This document shows positions 25,007 to 37,348 of a stretch of 64,000 nucleotides of DNA, in pieces. The DNA is taken from contig OZ316895.1 in NCBI GenBank assembly GCA_973895155.1, positions 7,738,184 through 7,802,183 on the forward strand. Direction: 5' to 3'. Source of the DNA: Marsupella aquatica (taxonomy: Eukaryota; Plantae; Marchantiophyta). Within the stretch, counting starts at the first letter, position 1. Each line of letters opens with the position of its first letter. The notes beneath the pieces were generated by a model. The model made no database searches and was not told where the DNA came from. It saw nothing but the letters and a program-made list of their open reading frames with translations. The translations under genes were made by a program, and so were the position numbers.

Positions 25007-28000
25007 CAAGTGTTAACTCTGAAGCATTTGCCTGGTGAAAGGAATTTGTTTTTAAAGGGAGGTTCTAAAAGTTTTAAGCTTTATGTATAAACTCAATCTC
25101 CGTTGTTGGTGGATGGACAGTGACTGTCAGTCCCATAGCCTGAGACAGTGAAAAGGCAATTGCGGCCAAAGCAGCTTCGCAGCCGACGCAGCGGGATGTT
25201 ACTGTAATCGAATGATGGCCTGGTGGGAGAAAGAATAATCTACCTTCCGATACAAGAGCATTATCCCTCTATCATTCTAGCAACGTACAAGCGGGCAGGT
25301 CAATCCGCAAAAGGAACCTTGGTTGGGAGCTAAATGAGATTAAGAGACTGTTTCGCAAGTTGTATGCATACTCTGCCAAAAACCAAAAGGAGTCTGGCTG
25401 GGAGACTATTCCGAAGGCAGGAGACCCAATGACAAGAGAGTAAACAAGAGAAAACCCAAGGAAGACCAATCAACCAGCAAGACTGAGAGCCAGCCAGTGT
25501 CAGCCACAAACACAAAAATGGTAAACCCCTGCAAATCGGCAAACTGAGAAGCCTGGTATTTTCAGGAGTTAAAGAAGTTCGTCTTGTGCTGATGGAAAGC
25601 TTCCCATCCTCAGATCATGGGTAAAATAAGAACCGGCATGGATCTGGCAGGGAAAGGGTGGAATCTTAGCGACTTAGCCGCAGGAAATACGGTAACGATG
25701 TTCGGAGGAGTTTGGAGCGAGACAAATATATGCTGGACGAGTTGACGAAAAATACCTCTCTTCTGTTTTTGTACTGTAGTTATATCCTCGCATAATGTAC
25801 GATCCTACTACTGGTACCTTCTTCTCGGCATAAAGGGATCGAGGTCGGAGAGTGGAGATTTGAAGAAGTTTGTGTCGCCAGCAACAGCTGCTGCAGCACC
25901 GAGCAGGAGAAGGGAACGAACAGAAGTGACAGAAGTTCTGGTGGGGTCATGGATTTCAATTATCCCAAGGCTGATGGCTGCGGCACTGATGAGCTCCTGG
26001 TCACAGCAGCAGGTCTGCAGGTAGCAGCTGCTCGCCTTTAGTCAGTTAATGTCAAGTCAGGTGCTCAGGTGAGATGGGTCCGGTTTCTCATGCTTTGCAT
26101 TTTTGCTTTGTTGCTCACTTTAACAGTCTTTCCTACCAAACTATCAATAGGATTTTTCATGAAGGGCAACTGGCGGCCGTTTTCTAGAATAAATTTAGCC
26201 TCTCATAAGACGAGTTTTTATCACCTCAATTTGCATACTTTTTGGTTTTGTTTCTTGAAAGAGTGTCTTTATTACTCAGCCGACTGTGAATACAAGGCAG
26301 CCAGTGCGCAAGGATATTCACTGAATACTTTTTTTGGTCCTTGACAATCACATCCAGTTAGTTTTCTATTTCTCTATTTCTCTTGAATTTTGCTTTCACA
26401 GAATGGATGTACTATTGTAGAGGAATGTTTCGAGGCTAAAAACAGAACGAGCTTTAATCGTCACACTTTCCAGTCCTTCCCTCCTACTTGTATTATACAC
26501 GGAAAGTTTGCTGTACGTCGACGGCGGGTAAATTGATTTTTCAGGCAAAGAAAGGGACCACTTCATGTCATCACACTCCCTTCTCTCCCTCGAGGTCCTG
26601 TACAACCTGACTCGAGTGACGTTATCGCTGCTATTATTATATCAAATCGTCCCATCTTACATTTCTACGGTGCTGAGAGCTGAGAAACTGATGATCAGTA
26701 CTGTACAGTGTGTATCGTAGCTTGATGAGTGTTCCCCAAGAATCACCCGGTATCTTGTCCCCCTCTAGGCCACTGTAGCTAATCAAAACCTGCCAGGATG
26801 CCAGCTTCTTATCTGATCAGCTGACCTCAATTTTGTACCCAAGCACGAATCGGGTCTGCGCTGCTCTCTCCACCACCAGTGAATCTGTCCATCCCTGACC
26901 ATTCTCCTGCAAGGTAGAATAATGAGTCGCCTCCGGCATTTGGAGAAAACCTGTTATCTTTCCCTTTCTCGTTTCCAACTAACTGTCACCTTTATGCCAA
27001 TGCTGGATCAATGGATTTGCACCAACGCACCAAGTGCACGCCAGGCTTGAGGAGGCCATCCATCATTAAAAAACTTTACGGTGTTGTTCGGACAGTACTT
27101 TTTCACCATGTAAATTCCGTCTGGTGTCTCTCATGAGCAAGTACAGTACAGTCTACTTTTCATATTTCGACTATACGGTATTGTCTCTTAGAAGCATTCG
27201 CAAGAGCGCGGACGAAGGATCCCCTGGCTTCCTTTTGCTCTCAGCGTGCTCGCACGAAGGGTAAAGGTCTGCGTGAGATGAAATAATTATATATATTCCG
27301 GATTTGCAGCTGCGACAAGACAATGATCTCGCAACGAGTTCCTAATGGTTGGACTTCCAATGGAAGAATTTGGTTTGTTTGAAATGTCGCCGACGTGGGG
27401 ACATCTTGTACTGAATCCACCTCCCCTGGCGCGTGTGGAACCTAATGTAATTTGTCTTAGCTAAAGTGTTTCCTCTACCATCAGTATGCTCCCAGCAACA
27501 CTAATGTCAGCAGCAACGAAGCGATGATATGGCTATCTACCGTCAGAAGTACAGTAATATTCATTCATGGATGGATTCGTTCACTCGGGTCGCCCCACTT
27601 CAAAAAGATCTTGTAAATTTTACAATCTTCTGTTGGTGTTCTTTCCTCGGTCGTCTCACAGGACCCCGAAGTCGATCACATCAGCAACGGCCATTCTCAA
27701 AGGAGTTTCACATGCAGCGACGAAGTTTGCAAGCTTTGTTCACTTGCGTTGTGCTGATTAAGTCAAAGCTCGCTCATTCAAGTCTGTACATCACACTCCA
27801 TGACGAGCAGTCTACGCAATTATGCCAGCCACGACACCACGCCAGGCGTTACAGTAGAAGTTCGCGTGTCACTCATGTCGAATACCGGAAACCAAGCCGA
27901 GCGTTGATTCTTTCGTCCTCCATCCCCCTCTCGTAGCTCACTCGCTCACCCACGCCTTCCACGGCCATCCCCACTAATTCTTCGCACGCGAGAGACACCC

Positions 28001-29033
28001 TCACCCAACGAACCAGCCCGCCCTTCCCATGCTCGCAGTTCCCACTGCACTGCAGCCACTGCAATCGGAACAGAAGGTTCCTGAGCTCACACATGCGAGC
28101 CGACGACGCCTTTCACCAACACCATGCAATCAGCTCAGCCGCTCTCGTATGTCTACTACTATAATCGTCGCCCAAATACCACGAAACAAAAGTAACTCTC
28201 CATCCACGCCCTCGTTAGAGGAACATCCCTTCCCGCCACCCCTACGCCCCTACTCCGCCGTGTTCTTCCACCGCGCGACGAGGAGGAGGGAAGGGGGCGC
28301 TCTGTCTCATGATCGTCTTTAACACTGTGGTACAGTACAGAATCTGTGGAACTGTGAGAGGCCACTAAATCCACGCCGACGAGTAGTTAACCTGACCGCA
28401 TTCGAGAAAAAAAGGGACTCTAGACTCCAGTCCTCTTGCCTACCGTCGCGTCGCCCCGCCGACTACTGTAATCAGTGCAGTTTACACCTCACCTCTCACG
28501 GCTTACTTTACTGCGTTTCGCAGTTACCCACTTCCTCGCATGCGATTGGGGATTCTCCATGTGCAGCACTCCCCGCATGGTTTTTAATGCCGCGCAATTC
28601 CGGCTCCCGTCGTTCTCGCCGGCGAAAACGCTGCGCAGTTTCCTACACGCCTCTCGCTGTTGCCCTGTGGTTTCCGAGAGAAAGGCAGGCAGGCAGGATT
28701 CTCCGCACAGGATCTTCGTTCCTCCTCCTCCTCCTCCTCCTCAGTCCTCAGTCCTCACCCTGCCCCGCCGCACCACGCCGTCACCCACTCGTCGTTCATG
28801 GATCCGTCCGTCCATCTGTCCATCCGCCCTTCCGTCGCCGTCGTACGCTTCGAACAGCACACCAAATGTGTAAGAAGGACGCCATCCGTCTTCTGTTGAG
28901 TTGCGTCAAACACCGACTAAATGCCGTTTCTCAAGGTTCTCTATCTTCAGTTCTGCTGTGTCGGGTTAGTGTCTGATCGGGGGTTTGGTTCAGGTCTCGG
29001 TGTACGCGACGGTGCTGGGTTGGGTACTGGCAG

Positions 29034-29065
29034 TCAGGTCAGGTCAGGTCAGGTCAGGTCAGGTC
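29034..29065. repeat. (CAGGT)n microsatellite upstream of the kinase CDS
   Basis: About 6 tandem CAGGT units, read directly. Confidence 0.85.
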
Positions 29066-29730
29066 TGGGTTAGCAGCGGCTGTCACCGTACTGGAACATC
29101 ACCGTGACTTAACGCCGGAGGAGGAGGGGCCGACTTCTTCCGCTTCTTTCGCGATTCTGTCACCTTTTATCCAGGGAGGGCTGCTCGAAACTCTTTTTGA
29201 TGCACATCTCAAGCTCAACAAATTGATGGTAGCTCGTCGACATCTCTGAGTACAGTAGTGTGACTAGCGAGAGAGGTAAGAGGATTGTCCCTCGACTGTC
29301 AGCTTGTCACTGTTATTGGAGCTGTTGCCTTCATTGCAATTTGACTCGGGTAGCTGCGCGCAGTCCACTTGTGGGAGTGACAGGCACGAAGGTGGAGCTC
29401 GACTTGGTGAGAAAGAAAATACTATCAGAGGGACGAATGCGACGGAATCGTCAGGAGCAGTTGCTGTAGCTCGTGAGTGTGGTCCTTGGGTGAAGGGACG
29501 GACAGTCCGGAATTTGAGCTGTGCGCTTCTGCAGCGATTGGAGTTGGTGACTAATCGAATTGAGTCATTCAGCTGAGACGAGGTGGGTTTACAGAAAACT
29601 GGTCGCTCGAGGACTGAGCTGAAAGAGCTGGGACTGACTCTGTTGAGGTGAAGGAGTGTGTGATTATAGCAGGAAATCAAGAGGAAAATGTGCAGGAGCT
29701 GACCTCTCGCCACATCGTACTATAAGAAGA

Positions 29731-32447
29731 ATGGGTTTGCTAAGTAGGCCTGCGAGCGCCGAACCGGACTCTAGTGTCAGCAGTGTGAGCAAGGGAACGG
29801 AGTCTCGATGGCTCTTTCCGCTGAAGAGATTCGAGGAGGAGATTTTGGACCACATTTTGATATCAGCGAGTTGTTCAGCTCCCTGGACCGGACGTCGAGG
29901 GAGGGACCTTGGGCAGCAGGCCCTCGTTGATGGCACCGTCTCCAAGGAGCGGCCCATGAAGGATTTGGTTCAGCGGAAGTTCGAGAAGCTGGGGAAGAAC
30001 GTTGTCGGGAAGGTGAAGACTCTGAAGCATGCCTTCTCTGAAACGTCCCCCGAGAAAGAGACTTTGGGAACTGGCCGTGAAGACTGCCGTAGGGCGGCTT
30101 GTAACGAGATAGTCCGAGCTACTCTCTCTCGCCATCCCGGGAGTCAGCTTCCAGATGTTTTCGTCTCAACGTTGCAAGCACATTTCGATGGCTTGCCCTC
30201 TAGGTACGACCTCACCTTAGATTCTCTGTCGTGAAACCTCTTGAACGAAACTGTTTTCCGTCGGACTTTTCTATTTATGCCAACGAGTGCACTGTCAGCA
30301 AACCTCATGAACGTTAATATACCAGCGACGAGCTGAACCAAATCTCGTGAACGTGGTTTTCTTGTAACGGTTCCTTTAAGACGGTTCACATGCCCCTCAT
30401 TCAAGTAATCTGTCAACATATTGGTATGATGGCTTCTATTTTGCTGTGATTCTGAAATGTTGCTAGTACTACGTATCCTGCCAGGAATGGGTTTTCTCTT
30501 GAGAGTAGTTTCTGTAAGTGATCACGAGCATGTTTCGCTAGTTTGAACTTTCTTTGGGCTTGGCTTTTGTTGAGATGGATTCAACACGTCTAGAACTGAA
30601 AGCCTTTTAACTTTTTGGTCATGCAGTTATGCAAGAGCTGGGTTTAACAGTGAGCAAGTCTTTATGCATATTCGCTTGCTCGAGGAAACCAAATCCCGAA
30701 CACCCAATGCTCTAGCTGTCCATCTTCAAGCAGCGGACTGCATGAGTCGGTCGGGCAATGTGAGTGAGTTTTCGTCGACTTCAAGCTCTCCAATATCATC
30801 CGTTTGGGAAGAAACGGAGCGAGGACTTCCCGACGAAGTCGTAGATGTGGCCTTCGCTTGCAATGCTGCAGTCTCTAGAGCTGCCCTTGTTTGGGTTTTT
30901 GAGCACGAAATGGTCTCCGTCAAACAGGCCACAGTGTTCGAGAGGAAGGGCGTCAGTCTCGGAGTACTCACCATCCAGAGTGCCCGGGACAAAACTCAGC
31001 AGGAGTTTGTAAGGCGAGTCATCAAGTCAGCCATCAGAAAGTCCAGATTTTCGAAGTTCTCCTTAGGACTTTGCGGCTGTGAGGTTCCTAGCTTTGCCGA
31101 CCAACGAACAAGTCGCACAGTGGTTGCCAAAAAGGAGACGCCGAATGTATTGAATGCCGACGACAGGAACGAGTTCAAGGAGAATTACTGGAACGAGGCG
31201 GACTTCAACTTCACGTCAACGAGTTTTGTGGACTCCGGCTTTGAGTATGGGAGTTACGGATATCCCTGCTATGGTGGAGGACCATCCACTCCAGGGGGAC
31301 TCTTCAGAATTTTAGTGGCAGAGGGGGTCTCTCCTGAGATCATCTCCGGCGAGGATGAACTTGGGCGGTGGGTTTTGGATAGCGCTGAACTCCACATTGA
31401 GGAGGAAATTGCCTCCTCCGGTACCTCTGGGTCGGTTTTCAGGGGGACATACAAAGGGGAGAGCGTCGCAGTGAAGGAGATTACAGGGGCTAAGGGCGGT
31501 TCTGTTCTCGAGGGGGAGCTAAGACGAGACGTCCTCGCCATTGCTTCCAGCAAGCATAAGAATTTGGTCCCATTATATGGTATTTCTGTTGACTCCCGCC
31601 ATTCAAGCTACATTGCTACAGTATCGAAACTTATGGGCGGAGGGTCTCTCCGATCCCTTATTCAACGAAGCTCGTCCATCCCACTCTCTGATTTATTGCG
31701 AATTGCGAAAGACGTTGCCGAAGGTCTCAGTTACTTACATGAGAACGGCATCGTCCACAGGTAATTTCCGAATCAATAAGGCCACCTTGCCACCACTGGC
31801 GCCGGCTCTTTCAGCTGTTGCTCAAGTCAATTTATTAATCTGCTTTGAGTATGACCTCTCACCCGAAGTGGTCCTCTTGCAGAAATCTAAGGAGCTCCAG
31901 AATCTTGATCGATGGTAATGGTACCGCAAGGGTCGGTGATCTCGGGTTGGCCCGGCTCTGGAATGGGTTTATGGAGGGTACCCCTCACAGTTCCAACTAC
32001 CACTGGATGTCTCCCGAGGTAAAGACTGCGCGCTAAATTCGCCCCGAAATTAGCAATCTGGGAGAGGCGGATCACGTCTTTGCCTACCTCTACTTTCGCT
32101 GCAGCTCTTGTCTTAACTCAATTTTATACTTTCTTGTTCAGGCTCTTGGGGTGGACTCCGACAGCTCGACCATCACAGGGAAAAGCGATGTATACAGCTA
32201 CGGCATGTTGCTCTGGGAGATGCTCACAGGCCAGCTTCCTTTTGATAATTTTTCTCCTGTCCAAGCGGCTGTCGGTGTCGCTGTGCATGGACTCAGACCT
32301 GTCATACCTGACGGCACATTTGAACCGCTGAAGTCGTTGATGGAGCAATGTTGGTCCCGTGATCCTCTTGACAGGCCAGACTTCTCTGAAGTATTGGAAG
32401 TTTTGGACAATTCTGCTCAAGAACTACTTAGTCGAGACAAGTCATGA
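29731..32447 (+). CDS. Plant Raf-like (group C) protein kinase family member with degenerate catalytic loop (probable pseudokinase), ~682 aa
   Basis: Exons 29731-30203, 30627-31760, 31883-32018, 32142-32447 (2049 nt, phases consistent). Kinase subdomains include VAVKE, VSKLMGGGSL, HR-NLRSSRIL, GDLG, WMSPE, KSDVYSYGMLLWEMLTG and QCW...RPDF. N-terminal motifs PGSQLP, HFDGLPSSYARAGF, VFERKGVSLG and LGLCGC resemble, from memory, Arabidopsis At5g58520/At5g07140. The start codon is uncertain. Confidence 0.88.
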
Positions 32448-34599
32448 CAGGGAATGAGACAGCCCTCCTGTCTATCTACCCCCTCCATCTTTTTACTCCC
32501 TTCTGTTCCACCCGAATCTCGAGAAATCTCCTCTGAATCTTGACTTGATAGTCCAATTAGCACAGTGTGCTGGATTGACACTCTCGATCATCTGATACGC
32601 TCCTGTTAGCCAACCAACACGAAGACGAGCGATGGCAAAGTGGGTTATTACGTCAGTTTCTGAAGTCCGTCCAGTAGGTTGCAGTCTATGGCCATTGCAG
32701 TCGTTTTCTACTCTGAACTTGCCGTAGTTGCGGTTTTGCCCATTTTCCTATGGTGCAGATGAGATCTCGACTTAGTTCACATGAGGTCCTTGTTACCTCA
32801 GTTTTACAGTTTTACGTAGCTGGACTCGTGTCATTCTCATCTCGGTTGCAATTTTGTTCCTTGTACATTACGGTAAATGCACGCCGTTCCATTTCACGCA
32901 ACTCTTGTAATTTGGTGTTCCTAACTTGTTTTTCTTCGCCAAACGAGGGTGGTGAGCATGTTTTTCTTCGCCAAACGAGCGTGTTGAGCATCTTTTTGAT
33001 GTGATTGTTTTGGGATACAGCACTTCAGTTTTACTCTCGAAATAATTGACTGCAGTGCGGTCACAAGATTCTTGTCTCATCAGCTCACGCGCAGCTACCC
33101 TGTACTGGATCGACTAGATTTGGGTAACGGATCCATGGTGAGTGACATGCAACCGACAACAGACTCCTTACAATACAGTTGGCCAGTACATCAGAATCCT
33201 TAAATCTTTCACTCATGGTCCTGTACAGTCATCGTCTAGAGATGCACTCGTTGCGACCAAATTCATGCACATCGGATTTACAAAACCCATCTTACAAAAT
33301 TCTCGAGATATTGTCCTAGAGTTCTTTAGATTTTCCTAGAATAATTATGTACCATTTGATATGAGTCAGCGTTGCAGGGATAGAAAGTGAATTATGTCTC
33401 CCGTCAGTGCAGGAAAACGTTTTGTGGAATGAGTTGCCGAGAATAATGACATTCTATTACCCATCATTCCGCGTCACCAGGACACCGTTATGATAGTACA
33501 AACGAAGCGTTACCATACGGCACCAGACTTGTGATGATTCCGTCCCGACAACCTGGTGGGCCTTAACGATCTTCACGGTCAGGACATAAGTCGTTGAAAT
33601 GCGGAACGTATGATCCGTTTTCTTTTCTACATGTCCCACTTTTAGTTTCCAGATAAAGTAAATTCTTCAGGCAATCGGCGTTTTGGCCCCGAAGGTATTC
33701 TCTCAGATGATAAGGATTGCGATCTCACCATGGATTTTCCCCGCAATCTCCGGATCTAAGAATCCCACGAGCATTTTCTTCTTAGCAATCACAGTCGTAA
33801 TAATCATAAGCTTCTTAAGGCTTTTCCACAGTTTGACAGCTTTCATACAGGGTTAAAGCAATGTTATGACGAGGTCGTCACGACTACCTCATGAAAAAAA
33901 CTGCCCAAAACTACGTCTGTAACATGAGTAACCTCACTCTTGAGTTCAGGGCGGGCCACATTGCTACGAATGCAGATTGACTGTTCCCGTACAGTAAACT
34001 GCTGTATACAATTGGACCTGTGATCATACGAAACGGCCAAGAATATCGCCTCGCTTGAATTATTTGCAAAGTGGCCCTCGATCAGCCTTTTTGTACTAGA
34101 CCTATACGAACTCTCGGCAGCAATGGCATGCGGATCTGAGAGATAGCAAAGTCGGTATGTTTATTGAGCTATGTCACAGGATCTTGCCGAATAGTCGGGA
34201 TCTGTCAGGTAGTGACAGAACACGAGAAGGTTCATGATTCTATTGGGGTGCTTGCAGCAGGCATTCTCGAATTCGGATTAAAGTTTTCTCTAGACATTTA
34301 ATTTAAATGCATTGTTTGTCTCAAGGGAAAAAAGTACATTGTCCGGACAGACTGAGTAAAGGGCTCCAATTTAGTAATACATGGAAAGTGCCGATGTGCT
34401 GCATTGTGCTTTCGCGCAAGTTCTAAACTGCCGAGTGGTTAGAAAAGTATCCACTTCTAGTTCAAAGCGGAAAACAGAAACGGGGCCGAGGTCGTCGTCA
34501 TAGTGCAGTGCAGGTTTATGCATTTGCACTTAACTGTGCTAGCACTTTCAAGCATACCAACCAAGCAAGGAAGTTTTGGGCTCCTAACTTAGGTTACGG

Positions 34600-35285
34600 G
34601 CTCGACCACCAAAGGACGCTTTGGGCCTTTGCCGCGGAGTGTGATTTTGGGATACCATCTACCACTGAAAATGAAGTTTTGAGCTCCAGCCTTTGGATAA
34701 GCAAGGACACTTTGAGCTTTTGACGTAGTAGGTGATTGGGATATCATTTACCACTGACAAGGAGGTTTTGAGTTCCAGCCTTCGGATACCGGCTAGGCAA
34801 GCCAGGACGCTTCTGCCTTTGCTCGGGGTGATTCAGATACCATCTACCAGACAAGGAAATTGTGAGCTCCTGTCTCCGGATCCCACCCAGCAAATCAAGC
34901 ACGCACGCATTTAGCTTTTGTGCGCCGTGGGGTGATTCAGATACTTACAATCTGCGGACGGCTGAGCTATTGTTCAAGTTTTTCTATGCTTGTGATGTTG
35001 CTGGATGTGGAGTTGCAGGAACTGTTGACATAGGAAGTGATTGGATATCATTTACCACTGACGCTACAGCCTTTGGATACCAGCTCGCCAAGCCAGGACG
35101 CTTTCTGCTTTTGCTCTCGTGGTGATTCAGGAAATTTTGAGCTCCTGCCTTCGGATGCCACCCAGCCAAGCAAGGACGCATTTAGCTTGTGCGCCGTGGG
35201 GGTGATTCAGATACAATCAGCGTACGGCTGAGCTATTGTTCAAGTGTTTCTCTGCTTGTAGTGGTCCTGGACGTGGAGTTGAAAG
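34600..35285. repeat. Degenerate higher-order tandem repeat (~90-100 bp units inside a ~300 bp duplication)
   Basis: The motifs GGTGATT(C/G)(A/G)GATA, TACCACTGA, TTTTGAGCTCC, CCTT(T/C)GGATA and CAAG(C)AGGACGC recur about 6 times. The block GGCTGAGCTATTGTTCAAGT...GTGGAGTTG occurs at ~34960 and ~35226. Confidence 0.7.
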
Positions 35286-35322
35286 TGCCAATTGAAAAGA
35301 AACAACTCCAATCCCCTTTCTG

Positions 35323-35460
35323 TTTCCATCTACAGTCAAACGGCATTGTTATTGTAGGAGTTCTTGGATGATATTTGCACCTAATCTGTTTCCATGTAGA
35401 TTCCATCTACAGTCAAACGGCATTGTTAATGTAGGAGTTCTTGGATGATCTTTGCACCCA
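35323..35460. repeat. Tandem duplication, 2 x ~77 bp
   Basis: TTCCATCTACAGTCAAACGGCATTGTTA.TGTAGGAGTTCTTGGATGAT.TTTGCACC occurs twice. Confidence 0.85.
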
Positions 35461-37025
35461 ATCGTACCTTTTATGTCTAAATATCTTGATCTAGAAGCCG
35501 AGCAAGTGCATACTTCACATCACATTTGCACATGTCACAACTCCCCTGCCTCAGGTCTAGAAGGTAATGACTTCTATGAAGCATTTCGTAAACTACAGTA
35601 AACTTCTTCAACTCGTTTGAACGGTAGATCAAACATCGATCCAGTATAGCTTCTCCCCAATCGATCACCTGATCACACCGGAAGCAATTCTAGTGCAACA
35701 TGAAACGTTGATTTTGGAACTTTATGTAGGTCAGGAAATTTGTCACAACTGATAAAAAAATCCCAATTTCCGACCCTAAGAACTTTGTCGTGATCACCGA
35801 AGGCTCACGAGGATAGAGATTGTCAAATGTGAACGAATAAACCCTCGTCAGTGGATCCACCAGGTCACGGAGAATCGGCAGTCCTCCATGGATACGTACG
35901 AAATGGATTCATAGAGATCATAATGCTACATGTATACAAATTCACTGGAACACCTCATTCTTTAATGGCTCACTCCTCAAATTATCCCCTAGTGATGTTT
36001 CTATGAAAAGATCCAGTTCGTAATAGTTTGAAAACAATTCCTCTACTCACTCAAAGAGTATTAGAAATTCTCACTTTGAAATTTCCTTGCAATGTATTCT
36101 TCACGACTTCATGGCTGGATAGATAAATTTACGGCTCTTTCATTTCCATCCCCGCTGTAGGGTAGGATTTCATTCCATTCCTCTCCAATTCAATGTTCCA
36201 AGTAATTTAATCACAAATTTGTTGAAACGCATTGTGTGTCCTAGAACCTCCACAATTCGCTAGCGTTTGAGTGACATATCAATGATCCCCATATCACAAA
36301 GACAAGAGAGGAAAGCCATTCCGTGACTCTGTACACTTCAAAACTGTTAGTGAAGTGCTCTCCGACATTGAGCATTTTGTTTGTTTGAGTCTTTTTGTTC
36401 TGCTTTTTTCAATTCTCTGGTCTACAAATTCCATACTTCCACCAATTCTGCTTGAGCTTCCCCGTACAACAGTCCCCTGTATTATTCGCCTCCCCCACTT
36501 CTGATCGACCTGCCCTTCTACAGCAGTCTTCCTTCATGTATGCTGGCTGTACAATTTTCATCACCTTTATTTCTTTTTTCCTTTCTACCGTGCTCCCATT
36601 CAATTGGAGAACATTGACGTTCTTCGGTGAATGTTTTCTCAACTTCCCTCTGACCCGTTCCATCCTGCACGTCAGACCCACTAATCGGGATGAGTGTTCT
36701 GTGCAATGCCTTCATTGACTGAATCCTGTTCGACTCTGGAGATATCGTGTCACATGCTATTCTATAGATGCCTCACCACCAATCCACAGACACTCCACCA
36801 GGGCTATGGTGTACCCTCCACTCTTTAATTCCTGTCTGAACAAAGGTCAGGGACTGATTGAAGTGCTTCGGGTCGAACTGAATTTCCGGGCTTGCCAGAC
36901 TTTCCACACCCTCGGTACCTCCCGTAAAATCCTAACAGTTATTTTCGTGTATCACTGCCTACTCTGGCACTCGAGGGGAATTTTAGATGCACAAGTTTCT
37001 CTCAATTCCGATCAGCTGCCCACCT

Positions 37026-37320
37026 TGTTAGAAATCCATGAGCTCAAGAATGTGAAAATGCGGTGTGTATGTCATTGAGTAGTGAGGGGTTTTATACATG
37101 GAATGGCATCCCTTGGATGTCTGGTCAAGTCAAACAAGAATATTGTGTATTCTCTCATGCTACACATTCCCTCACATGTACCTATAACATAGTTCACCTC
37201 AGGGTCTAATTTAAGTCACTAATTTAGGACGGTGGCCCACAACTAAAGACAGTGGCCTACCACTTAGGACGGTGACCTACCACTTTGGACGGTGGCCTAC
37301 CAATTAAACCTTTTCTAATA
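37026..37320 (-). repeat. 3' LTR of the copia element (295 bp)
   Basis: Direct repeat of 42039-42352, containing 4 copies of a ~19-20 bp GGACGGTGGCCTACCACTT unit. Confidence 0.95.
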
Positions 37321-37348
37321 CTCCCACTTTAGTGACTAAATTAGAACC

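Noticed and set aside
25928-25945. TGACAGAAG, resembling the 5' end of miR156
   Set aside because: The match ends after 9 nt and there is no star-strand hairpin.
27529-28976. Several 70-135 aa ORFs upstream of the kinase
   Set aside because: Overlapping frames in GC-rich promoter or leader DNA with no recognisable domain; kept only as possible uORFs.
34600-35285. CRISPR-like or tRNA-array interpretation of the repeat cluster
   Set aside because: Eukaryotic context with no cas genes, inter-repeat segments homologous to each other, and no cloverleaf or B-box.
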